NCBI GenBank assembly: GCA_031426555.1
Contig: JANPLN010000030.1
Location: forward strand, 64,001 to 128,000
From: Bdellovibrionales bacterium
Lineage (GTDB): Bacteria; Bdellovibrionota; Bdellovibrionia; Bdellovibrionales; JAGQZY01
Reading direction: 5' to 3'
Length of the DNA stretch: 64,000 nucleotides
Each line of letters opens with the position of its first letter. Positions within the stretch are counted from its first letter, which is position 1. Below, in pieces: positions 1 to 9,365 of this stretch. The notes beneath the pieces are model-generated. The model searched no databases and was not told where the DNA came from. It saw nothing but the letters and a program-made list of their open reading frames with translations. The position numbers and the translations under genes were made by a program.

Positions 1-1271
1 GCACCTAAATAATCTCGAAGTCCAAAAAACGCGATCACCGAAAAATCGGCAAAGAGCAGGGACTGTTTATGTTCCACGACTGGGCGCCAGGCATGCCGTT
101 TTTTACTGCCAAGGGCACGGTGATTTACAACGAACTTGCCAATTACATTCGCGAGCTCTATCGCAAGTACGATTACAAAGAAGTGATCACTCCCCAGTTG
201 TACGACTCGAATCTGTTTATCACCTCTGGTCACTACGGCCATTACAAAGACAATATGTACTTTAGCGAAGTGGGCGACAACAAAACAGAAGTGGGCGTCA
301 AACCCATGAATTGCCCTGGCCACTGTTTGCTTTTTGATTCTGAAAAACACTCGTATCGCGATCTTCCTTATCGAATGGCTGATTTTGGCAGGCTCCACCG
401 CTATGAGGCGAGCGGCGCGCTGGCGGGTCTCACTCGCGTGCGTTCCATGTCGCAAGATGATGCCCATATTTTTTGCACCGACGAGCAACTGCAAAGCGAG
501 ATGGAAGGTTTCATGACTTTCCTCAAGGAAGTTTACTCGGCCCTCGGTATGTACGAGTACAAAGTCTACATTGCTACACGCCCAGCCAGCCGCATGGGGT
601 CCGATGATTTATGGGATCGCGCTGAAGGTGCTCTCACAGGCGCCATGGATAAATTGGGCGTACCTTACCAAATCAATCCCGGCGACGGCGCCTTTTACGG
701 TCCCAAGATCGAAGTGCATTTTGTCGATGCCATGAAAAGAACCTGGCAGCTCGGAACTATCCAGGTGGATTACAATTTACCTAAAAATTTCAATCTCACC
801 TATACTGGCGACGACAATACAGAGCATATGCCAGTTGTACTTCACCGCGCGATTTTAGGAACGCTTGAGCGCTTTATCGGAATTTACATCGAGCAGTGTG
901 CTGGCAAATTCCCTCTCTGGTTATCACCAACACAAGCGGTGATTCTGAATGTGACGGACCGACAAACGGAGTATTGCCTCGAACTCAAAAAGAAACTCGT
1001 CGCTCAGGGTGTGCGCGTTGAGTATGACAGCCGCAACGAAAAGTTGGGTTACAAAATCCGCGAAGCCCAATTACAGCAAATGCCTTACATGTTGATCATC
1101 GGCGATAAAGAAATGGAACAGGGCTGTGTTTCTGTTCGTTTGCGCTCAGGTGAGATGATCAATTTTATTCCTACCGATGAATTTATTAATAAAGTTGTGG
1201 GTGAGATCAAAACTCGTCAGCTCACTTCTGTTTTTGAAAATGCGAACTCAACAAAGGAGATAAGCCATTAA
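1..1271 (+). CDS. thrS: Threonine--tRNA ligase, 5'-partial
   Basis: KKRDHRKIGK in frame upstream of the ORF start, then KPMNCPGH, GLTRVR, AFYGPK, QLGTIQ and HRAILG motifs; sits directly before infC. Apparent frame break near position 20. Confidence 0.97.
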
Positions 1272-2004
1272 TATGCCATTCAAAAAACCATTTGGTGGAC
1301 CCCCACGCCCTGCCGGAGCTGGTGGACCTGGTGGAAATAAATTTCGTAAAGACGGCCCAGGCGGAAATTTTCGCGATCGCAAAGGCGAAAAAGATGCCTT
1401 CAACGTGAACGAAGCCATTCGCGCCCGTGAAGTGCGTGTTGTCGGACCCGATGGGAAAATGCTCGGCGTCTATCCCACAGCTCAAGCCCTTGGCTTGGCT
1501 CGTGATTTTGGTTTGGATTTGATTGAAGTGTCTCCAGAAGCTTCGCCGCCCACATGTAAAATTATGGATTACGGCAAATGGAAGTACGAAAACAAAAAGA
1601 AAACTCAGGCGAATAAAAAGAAGCAAATCATCGTGACGGTGAAAGAGCTGCAGATTCGTCCACGCACCGACGAGCACGATCTCGAAGTAAAAATGCGCCA
1701 CGCGCGCCGCTTTTTACTCGAGGGTGATAAAGTGAAGGTGAACATGCGCTTCCAAGGTCGCGAGATGGCTTATCAAGAAATGGGCCGAGCCACCATGATG
1801 AAGGTGTCACAATCCCTTTTGGATTTAGCCATGATCGAATTGGAACCCAAGAGCGAAGGTAAACAGTTGTTTATGATTCTTGCTCCGGATCCAGTGAAAA
1901 TTAAAGACTACAGAGTAAAGCATCCTGATCTTAAAGCCGTCGCTAAAAAAGACGAAAAAGATGAAGATCCAGCTGATGGCGGAGACGAGTCTGCAGAGGA
2001 TTGA
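1267..2004 (+). CDS. infC: Translation initiation factor IF-3 with Gly/Pro-rich N-terminal and acidic C-terminal extensions; probable ATT start
   Basis: NEAIRAREVRVV, PPTCKIMDYGKWKY and GDKVKV motifs. In-frame ATT at 1267 lies 7 nt after AAGGAG (1254-1259); an ATG follows at 1273. Confidence 0.97.
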   Translation: MNMPFKKPFGGPPRPAGAGGPGGNKFRKDGPGGNFRDRKGEKDAFNVNEAIRAREVRVVGPDGKMLGVYPTAQALGLARDFGLDLIEVSPEASPPTCKIMDYGKWKYENKKKTQANKKKQIIVTVKELQIRPRTDEHDLEVKMRHARRFLLEGDKVKVNMRFQGREMAYQEMGRATMMKVSQSLLDLAMIELEPKSEGKQLFMILAPDPVKIKDYRVKHPDLKAVAKKDEKDEDPADGGDESAED

Positions 2005-2009
2005 TTCCA

Positions 2010-2031
2010 ATGACGAGCGTAAGCTCGTCAT
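2010..2031. terminator. Perfect 9-bp stem with GTAA loop after infC
   Basis: ATGACGAGC-GTAA-GCTCGTCAT between convergent genes; no U-tract, so terminator function is uncertain. Confidence 0.5.
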
Positions 2032-2124
2032 CCTACCTTGGAAAACACAGTTATTAAAACCCGCCGATTCAAATTATCGCCGCCGGGAAGCTCAATCAGC
2101 CTGCGTTCCCCAGATTGCTCCGCT

Positions 2125-2526
2125 TTAAAACTGTTGATCCCAGACGTTGCATCGGCTGATGGAATAGTCCAGCGAACCAAAATTGTAGGTGATAAAACCT
2201 GGAAGTGATGTGGTCTGGCCGTTCTCGAGAGCGTCGAGAAGATTTTGGCTGACTGTAACCAAATCAAAACTCCCTGAGAAAATTCCTTCAACATAATAGA
2301 CTCTTTTTTCAGCTGTAGAGAGGTCTTTAGATACTTCAGCTTTATCGATTTCTGTGTAAGACATCGGTGCCTCTTTGCAATCGTCCTCAGAGAAGTCGTA
2401 GCGGCAAATCGATACAGTTGTGGCACTAAGTTTTACCAAACTTTTGCGTTCACACTTCAAAAAATAACTTTTAGCAAAGGCCTGATGGGTCATCGCAGTA
2501 ACAAGTAAAAAAAATAATAATTTCAT
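2125..2526 (-). CDS. Small secreted hypothetical protein
   Basis: Signal peptide MKLLFFLLVTAMTHQAFA; GGAGG SD upstream. Confidence 0.8.
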   Translation of the reverse strand: MKLLFFLLVTAMTHQAFAKSYFLKCERKSLVKLSATTVSICRYDFSEDDCKEAPMSYTEIDKAEVSKDLSTAEKRVYYVEGIFSGSFDLVTVSQNLLDALENGQTTSLPGFITYNFGSLDYSISRCNVWDQQF

Positions 2527-2638
2527 AAAACCTCCGAGTTACACTCATAGTACTGATGCTAACCGGAAAATATTAAGTATTGAAAGACTCTATGTAAAAG
2601 TAACAGTGTTATGAGACAAACCTAACAGGTTCGTAAAT

Positions 2639-3055
2639 CTATTCTTTGCTCGCAGGAAGTCGAACGTCGACAGGCTTTGCGCTGATTTTTAATTCGATGG
2701 GATTGGCACCATCTGTCGGCGGTAAAAAGCGAACAGACGAGGTTTCGTACGATGATGTTTCCAGATTGGCACGCAGGGGATCTTGTCCTTCGCCATCTTT
2801 CATTTCGGTATATTCCAGTGCAATTTTATAAGCGCGATCCGAGTAGCCGGTGGTTCTTGGCGAGAGGGAAAGTTTGAAACTTAAACCATCTGATGATTGC
2901 GAAATAAAAGCGCTTTCACCATCAGTGGCGACAATGTGAGATGTTGAATCCAACTCTCCATTTTTCCAAATTTCCACTTCGATTTGCACTTTTTGCTTAG
3001 GGGATGCAGACGCAGTTAAGGTCGTAAATAAGATCAAAATAACAGATGCGCGCAT
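2639..3055 (-). CDS. Small secreted beta-rich hypothetical protein
   Basis: Signal peptide MRASVILILFTTLTASA; GGGGGAG SD. Confidence 0.8.
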   Translation of the reverse strand: MRASVILILFTTLTASASPKQKVQIEVEIWKNGELDSTSHIVATDGESAFISQSSDGLSFKLSLSPRTTGYSDRAYKIALEYTEMKDGEGQDPLRANLETSSYETSSVRFLPPTDGANPIELKISAKPVDVRLPASKE

Positions 3056-3393
3056 TAAAACTCCCCCATAACCACATTACAAAGCAAAACCTGTGTTCTT
3101 GCAAGCTCAGAGAGAAAAGCCTGCCTCCCAAAGGTCCTTTTGAGAGGAGCGGGAAACGGGGTGAGTATTTTTTAGAATATCTTCTTGTATCTATATGAAT
3201 TTATTGCATAATTTCGATGTCTTTTTGCCGCCTTTAGGGGCTCGTCGGGTTCCGCCCCAAGCCTGCTCCGACAATGCACCAAAATTGCAACTTTTATTGG
3301 ACAATGAGTCCGTGGTTGGATAAAAGAAACAACGCTTTATCTATTATAGGCCCACAAAGTAAGCACTGCTTCGCCTGTAAGGAAGGAAAAAAT

Positions 3394-3585
3394 ATGAAAG
3401 CAAAAACCCATTCCGGGGCCAAGAAACGACTTCGCGTCCTCAGCCGAGATAAGATCAAAAGAAAACAAGCACGCCTTCGTCACTTGATGAAGAACAAAAG
3501 TTCTAAACGCAAAAGACAATTGGGCGATGTAATTTACGTGGATGCTGCGAATCTTCCAAACACTCGCAGATGTTTTAATATTTAA
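3394..3585 (+). CDS. rpmI: 50S ribosomal protein L35
   Basis: MKAKTHSGAKKR...RHL; SD AAGGAAGG; precedes rplT. Start is 3394, not 3274. Confidence 0.97.
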   Translation: MKAKTHSGAKKRLRVLSRDKIKRKQARLRHLMKNKSSKRKRQLGDVIYVDAANLPNTRRCFNI

Positions 3586-3599
3586 GAAGGCGGATTGAG

Positions 3600-3947
3600 A
3601 TGAGAGTAAAAGGCGGAGTCGTCAGCCGTAGACGACGTAATAAAGTTTTAAAAAGAGCAAAAGGTTATTATTCTTCTGGAAGTCGCTTATATATTTACGC
3701 GAAAGAAAGAAACGATCGTGCGTTAGCGTATGCGTATCGCGATCGTAAACAAAAAAAGAGACATTTCAGAAAACTATGGATCATCCGTATTTCTGCTGCA
3801 ACCAAACTGAATGGCGTAAGCTATTCAAAATTTATGGGTGCACTTTTGAAAACAGACATCCAACTCGATCGCAAATTGCTGGCTGATATGGCGATTTTTG
3901 ATCCAAAAGGGTTCTCTGCTCTCGTGCAAAAAGTAATGCCGAAGTAG
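3600..3947 (+). CDS. rplT: 50S ribosomal protein L20
   Basis: MRVKGG...AKGY...YAYRDRKQKKRHFRKLWIIRI...LDRKLLAD. Confidence 0.98.
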   Translation: MRVKGGVVSRRRRNKVLKRAKGYYSSGSRLYIYAKERNDRALAYAYRDRKQKKRHFRKLWIIRISAATKLNGVSYSKFMGALLKTDIQLDRKLLADMAIFDPKGFSALVQKVMPK

Positions 3948-3986
3948 ACTGTTAGTTTTTTGAAACTAAATCTTTAGGGATTAATT

Positions 3987-5012
3987 ATGGTGAGCTTTGA
4001 AGAAAGAAAGAGAGATCATATTGAAATTTCTCTTTCTTCGCAAAGCCAGTCGCAAGTGGTCGACGGGCTCAATCGCATTGAGCTCATACACGAAGCCCTC
4101 CCAAATCTTAATTTCTCAGACATATCTCTAAAAACAGAAACTCTTGGTTTAGACGTAGACACTCCGTTGTTTGTGTCGTCCATGACTTTGGGGCACTCGG
4201 CATCATTTGCCGTGAACGAAGTTTTAGCTCTCGTTTGCCAAGAAAAAAACATGCTCATGGGCGTGGGTTCGCAGCGCCGACAGTTGGAAGATAGCGAAGC
4301 CAAAAACGAGTGTTTGCGACTGCGAAAAAAATTTCCAAAACTGAAAGTGATGGGCAACTTGGGCCTTGCTCAGGTGATCGAAACTCCTATCGCGCAAATT
4401 CAAGGTCTGGTTGATTCGCTGGAAGCTCAGGCCATGATCGTTCATACCAATCCACTTCAAGAGTGCATACAACCTGAAGGAACGCCACGCTTTCGCGGCG
4501 GTTTAGTAGCCCTCGAAAAACTTTGCGCTCAGTTATCTGTGCCTGTGATTTTAAAAGAGACGGGCTGCGGGTTTTCTTTAAAAACGTTAGCGCGCCTCCA
4601 AGAGACGGGTCTCGCGGCGATTGATGTGAGTGGCCGTGGTGGAACTCACTGGGGCCGTGTTGAGTCACAACGTCTTTCTGCTGAACAGATTCAATTCTCG
4701 GCCGGCCAAACTTTTGCCGACTGGGGCATTTCTACGGTGGAATCTCTGCTAGCGGCAAAAAGCTTGCAGCTGACGGCTGAAGTGTGGGCCTCGGGTGGCG
4801 TGCGCACAGGTTTGGATACTGCAAAACTCTTGGCCATGGGTGCAAGCATGGTTGGCTTAGCACAGCCTTTGTTGGCCGCGGCTCTCGAAGGCGAAGAAAA
4901 GCTTGTGCAGCAGATTGATCAAATAAATTACGAGTTGATGGTGGCGATGTTTTGTTCGGGAACAGAATCTGTGTTGGAGCTGCGAAGAGGTGATGTGTGG
5001 AAAATGAAATAA
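3987..5012 (+). CDS. fni: Type 2 isopentenyl-diphosphate delta-isomerase (FMN-dependent)
   Basis: RKRDHI, SSMT, MGVGSQR, HTNPLQECIQPEG, KETGCG, GRGGTHW and ASGGVR motifs. Confidence 0.95.
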   Translation: MVSFEERKRDHIEISLSSQSQSQVVDGLNRIELIHEALPNLNFSDISLKTETLGLDVDTPLFVSSMTLGHSASFAVNEVLALVCQEKNMLMGVGSQRRQLEDSEAKNECLRLRKKFPKLKVMGNLGLAQVIETPIAQIQGLVDSLEAQAMIVHTNPLQECIQPEGTPRFRGGLVALEKLCAQLSVPVILKETGCGFSLKTLARLQETGLAAIDVSGRGGTHWGRVESQRLSAEQIQFSAGQTFADWGISTVESLLAAKSLQLTAEVWASGGVRTGLDTAKLLAMGASMVGLAQPLLAAALEGEEKLVQQIDQINYELMVAMFCSGTESVLELRRGDVWKMK

Positions 5013-6334
5013 AATCTCTGTTCAAAGGATTTTCGAAACTCAAGCGCTCAGAGCGCTTTCAAAAGCTTGTAGAAATTGGCGCTTTGGATTCGTCGGATGT
5101 TTCGTTTCTTAAAAATGGCGGAATCAAAGACTTCGACATGGCCGATAACTTTATCGAAAACTCCATCGGCTATTTTCAGCTTCCGCTGGGCGTGGCTACC
5201 AATTTTCGCATTGATGGCGTTGAGTATGTGATTCCCATGGCGGTGGAAGAAACCTCCATCATTGCAGCTGCTAGTAAGACCGCGCGCTGGATTAGCGAAC
5301 GTGGCGTGATCACCACCGAAGTGATTGGCGAAAATATTATCGGGCAGGTACAAATTGCCCGCGTGAAAGATTTTTTAAAACTTCAGACGGTTCTCGAAGC
5401 AAAAAAACAACATTGGATCGATGAACTGAACCAAGTTGTAGCGCAGGGAATGTACGCGCGCGGCGGTGGCGTCCGCGATATCGTCGCTCGACAAATCACC
5501 AGACCCGATGGCGATGTGATGGCCATTTTACATATTCATTTAAATCCGTGCGACGCCATGGGCGCCAATATTATCAATCAGGTTTGTGAGTACATCACCG
5601 GCCCCATCGAAGAAGCCACTGGCGAAGCCGTCACCATGCGCATTCTCTCAAACTTAGTGGATACAAAACTTACGAAAGCGCGTGTTGAGATGCGCGGGAT
5701 CGACAGCAAAATTGGCGAGGCCATTCAAGAGGCGTCGCTGTTTGGCGAAATTGACTCCTATCGTGCGGCCACCAACAACAAGGGTGTTCTCAATGGCATT
5801 GATCCCATTCTTATCGCCACAGGCAACGACTGGCGCGCGGTTGAGGCGGGCATACATGCGTTTGCGGCGCGTGATGGTCAGTACCGCTCGATCACCAAGT
5901 GGCGCTTTGAAAATAACATTCTCACGGGCGAGTTTTTAGCGCCGCTCATCGTCGGCACGGTGGGTGGTGTGACGACCCTTCACCCAACAGCAAAGATGGC
6001 CATGAAAATGATGAAGATCGAAAGCGCCAATCAGCTTTCGCGCGTTTGCGCCAGTGTAGGCTTGGTACAAAATTTGGGAGCTCTCCGGGCTCTGACTTCC
6101 GAGGGCATTATCGAAGGTCATATGAAGCTGCATATCAAAAACCTGGCCATGGGCGCAGGTGCCAGCGAGCAGGAATCGCCGACGCTGCATAATCTCCTTG
6201 AACAGGTTCTTAAGGCTAAAAAAAGAATTTCACTTTCGGATGCGATTCAAATGCTAAAAAATATTCGTTCGGTGAAAGACTCGGTGAAAGATCCGATGAG
6301 AGAGACAGCTAAGCATGTCACAACTCCGTCTTAG
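4997..6334 (+). CDS. mvaA: Class II HMG-CoA reductase
   Basis: ENSIG...LPLGVA, MAVEETS, DAMGAN, NNKG...NGID, GNDWRAVEAG and GHMKLH motifs. Confidence 0.95.
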   Translation: MENEIKSLFKGFSKLKRSERFQKLVEIGALDSSDVSFLKNGGIKDFDMADNFIENSIGYFQLPLGVATNFRIDGVEYVIPMAVEETSIIAAASKTARWISERGVITTEVIGENIIGQVQIARVKDFLKLQTVLEAKKQHWIDELNQVVAQGMYARGGGVRDIVARQITRPDGDVMAILHIHLNPCDAMGANIINQVCEYITGPIEEATGEAVTMRILSNLVDTKLTKARVEMRGIDSKIGEAIQEASLFGEIDSYRAATNNKGVLNGIDPILIATGNDWRAVEAGIHAFAARDGQYRSITKWRFENNILTGEFLAPLIVGTVGGVTTLHPTAKMAMKMMKIESANQLSRVCASVGLVQNLGALRALTSEGIIEGHMKLHIKNLAMGAGASEQESPTLHNLLEQVLKAKKRISLSDAIQMLKNIRSVKDSVKDPMRETAKHVTTPS

Positions 6335-7199
6335 CCTTCCCAGTAAAACCTTTCTACTTGGCGAATATTTAGCCCTTTCCACTGGTCCCTCTTTCGTGGT
6401 TGCCACAGAACCTCGATTTGAATTCAAATTTTGTGTGGGCGATTTTTTAAAAACAGTTCATCCACAAAGTCCAGCTGGTCTTTTTTATAAAAAATGTCAA
6501 AAAGATGTTGGCCCGATGCAAATCGAAATGACCAAGCCCACAAAAAGTATTGGCGGTTTTGGAGAATCAACGGCGCAGTATTTGGCTTTGTGGCATTATG
6601 CAAAAGCCGTTAAAAAAAAACAGCCAATGGATGTGAATGCCCAGTTTGTCGAAGAGTGCTGGCAGGATTATCGCGATTTATTTCCCCAGGCACCGCCCAG
6701 CGGTGCAGATCTTATCAATCAACTTTGCGGCGGCCTGACGGTTTGGGATCCCATTAAAAAAGATGTGCAAAAGTATGAGTGGCCCTTTCCCGATCTGAAA
6801 CTTTATTTGCTAAAAACATCCCATAAAATCAAGACCCACGAGCACCTGGCATCCATGGACCCCGAGTCCATTCCGACGGCGGCGTTGAGCGAAATTATGC
6901 AAAATGCTTTAGTGGCCTTAAAGGAAAAAAATTCCGTTGGTTTTCTGCGCCAATCCATCATGTACACAGAAGAGCTTTATCGCGCGGGTCTGCAATCTCC
7001 AGACACGATGGTGCTGATTGGTAAGATCGCCACGCGGGCCAATGTTCTCTGCGCACGGGGCTGTGGAGCCCTGGGGGCCGATGTGATTGCCGTATATGGT
7101 TCACCCGGTGCCGAAATTGATTTTTCGGATCTTTCACTCACACCTGTTGCCACCCTGCCAGAGAGTATAAGTTCGGGACCCGTTTGGCGGTGGTCGTGA
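6315..7199 (+). CDS. GHMP kinase, probable phosphomevalonate kinase
   Basis: PSKTFLLGEY, GFGESTA, PSGAD and GCGALGAD motifs; position in the mevalonate cluster. Confidence 0.8.
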   Translation: MSQLRLSLPSKTFLLGEYLALSTGPSFVVATEPRFEFKFCVGDFLKTVHPQSPAGLFYKKCQKDVGPMQIEMTKPTKSIGGFGESTAQYLALWHYAKAVKKKQPMDVNAQFVEECWQDYRDLFPQAPPSGADLINQLCGGLTVWDPIKKDVQKYEWPFPDLKLYLLKTSHKIKTHEHLASMDPESIPTAALSEIMQNALVALKEKNSVGFLRQSIMYTEELYRAGLQSPDTMVLIGKIATRANVLCARGCGALGADVIAVYGSPGAEIDFSDLSLTPVATLPESISSGPVWRWS

Positions 7200-8179
7200 T
7201 GTGGGAAGCATCGGCACCTGCAAATATCGCCCTTATTAAATATATGGGGAAGCGCAGTTTCAGCTCTGCAAACACCACTCAAGCGAACGTCAACGTCGCG
7301 ATAAATCCTTCGGTCTCTTGGACCTTGGATCACCTGCGAAGTTTTGTGCAGCTAGAGCTTGTTGACGCCAACGAAGGCCAGAGCGACCTGTGGCAGCCAC
7401 ATCCCCAATGGGCGTTAGAAATGAGTGAAGTGGGGCTACAGAAATATCTTGCCCATCTTCAACGCGTAAAAAAAATGTTTTCCGCCGAAAACTATTTTTT
7501 TAAAGTGCGATCGGGAAATAATTTTCCAGCAGATTGCGGAATCGCCAGCTCGGCTTCGAGTTTTGCAGCGTTGACTCTCGTGTCGTCGCAAGCTCTGGCG
7601 CACTTGACCAAAAAGCCTCTTCCAGCGATGGAGACCCTTGCAGATTTGAGTCGACAAGGCTCCGGCTCGTCGTGCCGCTCGTTTTTTTCGGGTTTTGTAG
7701 TTTGGGAAGAGCAGGGCGTGCGAAAACTGCCAACAACTACTACGCTTCACCACCAAGTCGTCATCGTGAGTGGCGATAAAAAACAAGTGTCTTCGTCACA
7801 GGCCCATCAACGAGTTCAGTCGAGTTTACTAATGAAGCAACGGGAAGAGCGTGTTCAGGTGCGTTTTACGTCGCTGTGTGAGCAACTACTCAGTGGCACC
7901 CCCGATTGGAAAAAGTTATATGAACTCACGTGGTCGGAATTTTGGGACATGCATGCTCTCTTCGAAACCAGTGACCCCTCCTTTGGCTATATGACATCAA
8001 AATCGCTGGAGGTTCTGAATATCGTGCGCGAATATTGGCTGCAAAAACAGGACGGCCCTCTCGTGACCATGGACGCAGGCCCCAATGTGCATTTGTTATG
8101 GCGACACGATCAAAGGACCATGGCCCAGGAGTTTGCAAAAGCAAACCCGCAATGGAAGTGGATTGAGGACGCCCGATGA
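7199..8179 (+). CDS. mvaD: Diphosphomevalonate decarboxylase
   Basis: APANIALIKYMGK, NNFP..GIASSAS, SRQGSGSSCRS and TMDAGPNVH; TGATG overlap with the upstream stop. Confidence 0.95.
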   Translation: MWEASAPANIALIKYMGKRSFSSANTTQANVNVAINPSVSWTLDHLRSFVQLELVDANEGQSDLWQPHPQWALEMSEVGLQKYLAHLQRVKKMFSAENYFFKVRSGNNFPADCGIASSASSFAALTLVSSQALAHLTKKPLPAMETLADLSRQGSGSSCRSFFSGFVVWEEQGVRKLPTTTTLHHQVVIVSGDKKQVSSSQAHQRVQSSLLMKQREERVQVRFTSLCEQLLSGTPDWKKLYELTWSEFWDMHALFETSDPSFGYMTSKSLEVLNIVREYWLQKQDGPLVTMDAGPNVHLLWRHDQRTMAQEFAKANPQWKWIEDAR

Positions 8180-9069
8180 GGTCGCCAATTGAGGAAACCA
8201 TGAGTTTTAAGCATCGAGTTTTTGGCAAATGGATTTTAGCCGGCGAGCACGCTGTGCTTCGCGGTCACACGGCCATGGTGTTTCCAGTGACGTCTTGTTA
8301 CTTCGAAATTGAATACAAACCATCTTCCAATAAAATCAATCTCACTTGTGATTCAGATCAGGGTGAGCAAATGAAAATGGTTTTTATGGGTTTGCTGAAC
8401 AAAGCACTTTCGGATCTCGGCAAAGAAACCACGGAGCTCACTGGCGAGCTGAGTATTTTCAATCGCATCCCCTTGGTCGGTGGGATGGGCGCGAGTGCCG
8501 CTATCTGCGTATCCGTCGTAAAATTTTTAAATTATTTAGGATTTGTGGAAGAGGATAAAGTTTTTTCATTCGCCAAGTCCTTGGAAGATTTGTTTCACGG
8601 TGAGAGCAGCGGCGTGGATGTGGCCATTGCACTTCAAGCTCGTCCTTTGCTTTATAAGATTGGCGAATTTATTCCCTTTGATCCCCAGTGGAAACCCTAT
8701 TTGTATTTATCCCATTGTGGAAAACGTGGAGTCACAGCCGATTGCATTCGGCGGGTTAAAAAATTATGGCAAACCAATGAAAGTTTGGGCCAGATGATTG
8801 ATCTCGATATGCAACGCAGCTTTGAACTGGCGCAAAAAGCCCTGAGCAGACCCGATTCGATGCATGAACTCCAGCAATCCATTTTGCTCGCGCGATCCTG
8901 TTTTGAGCGCTGGGGCTTGGTGAGTGTGGAGTTGAGCGAGCACATGAACGAGCTTCACAAGCTGGGCGCCATTGCCACCAAGCCCACCGGCAGCGGCGAT
9001 GGCGGTTTTGTTTTAAGCCTCTGGGACCAGAAGCCCACTACCACATCGATCGACCTCCTCGAGTGCTAG
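8176..9069 (+). CDS. mvk: Mevalonate kinase
   Basis: GKWILAGEHAV, GMGASAA, FHGESSGVD and KPTGSGDGG motifs. Confidence 0.9.
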   Translation: MRSPIEETMSFKHRVFGKWILAGEHAVLRGHTAMVFPVTSCYFEIEYKPSSNKINLTCDSDQGEQMKMVFMGLLNKALSDLGKETTELTGELSIFNRIPLVGGMGASAAICVSVVKFLNYLGFVEEDKVFSFAKSLEDLFHGESSGVDVAIALQARPLLYKIGEFIPFDPQWKPYLYLSHCGKRGVTADCIRRVKKLWQTNESLGQMIDLDMQRSFELAQKALSRPDSMHELQQSILLARSCFERWGLVSVELSEHMNELHKLGAIATKPTGSGDGGFVLSLWDQKPTTTSIDLLEC

Positions 9070-9075
9070 GTACGG

Positions 9076-9291
9076 ACACACTTTTTGGGACTCATTGCAT
9101 AAAATTTCTTGCACGAGAATTCCTTAAACCTTTTATTTATTTCGCAGCACTCGCGGACACGGGCTCGTCTTCGTAGGTCGTCATTGCATGACGCCCCACG
9201 GATACGCCCCGTTCGCACGTGAGCTCGTAAATAAAAAGTTTAAGGAATTCTCGTGCAAGAAATTTTATGCAATGAGTCCCAAAAAGTGTGT
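9076..9291. repeat. 216-bp hairpin element with perfect 54-bp terminal inverted repeats (MITE/REPIN-like)
   Basis: 9076-9129 is the exact reverse complement of 9238-9291; the interior is also imperfectly self-complementary around CGTCAT-TGC-ATGACG. Confidence 0.9.
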
Positions 9292-9365
9292 GGGCACGGA
9301 GCGAGCTCTCCTCGCGAACGAGCGCCGAAAGCGCTTTTGTCCATTGCCTTACCTAGCTACGTAAC

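Noticed and set aside
2028..2426. 132-aa minus-strand ORF overlapping 2125-2526, and similar short shadow ORFs throughout
   Set aside because: Alternative-frame or antisense overlaps of better-supported genes, lacking SD, signal peptide or motifs.
3083..3098. Sigma-54-like motif upstream of the 2639-3055 gene
   Set aside because: The -12 TTGC is present but the invariant -24 GG is replaced by AA.
2010..9210. Shared GCTCGTC core in hairpins at 2023, 3240 and 9163 as one repeat family
   Set aside because: Only 7-9 nt shared and different structural contexts; cannot be distinguished from chance without a genome-wide count.
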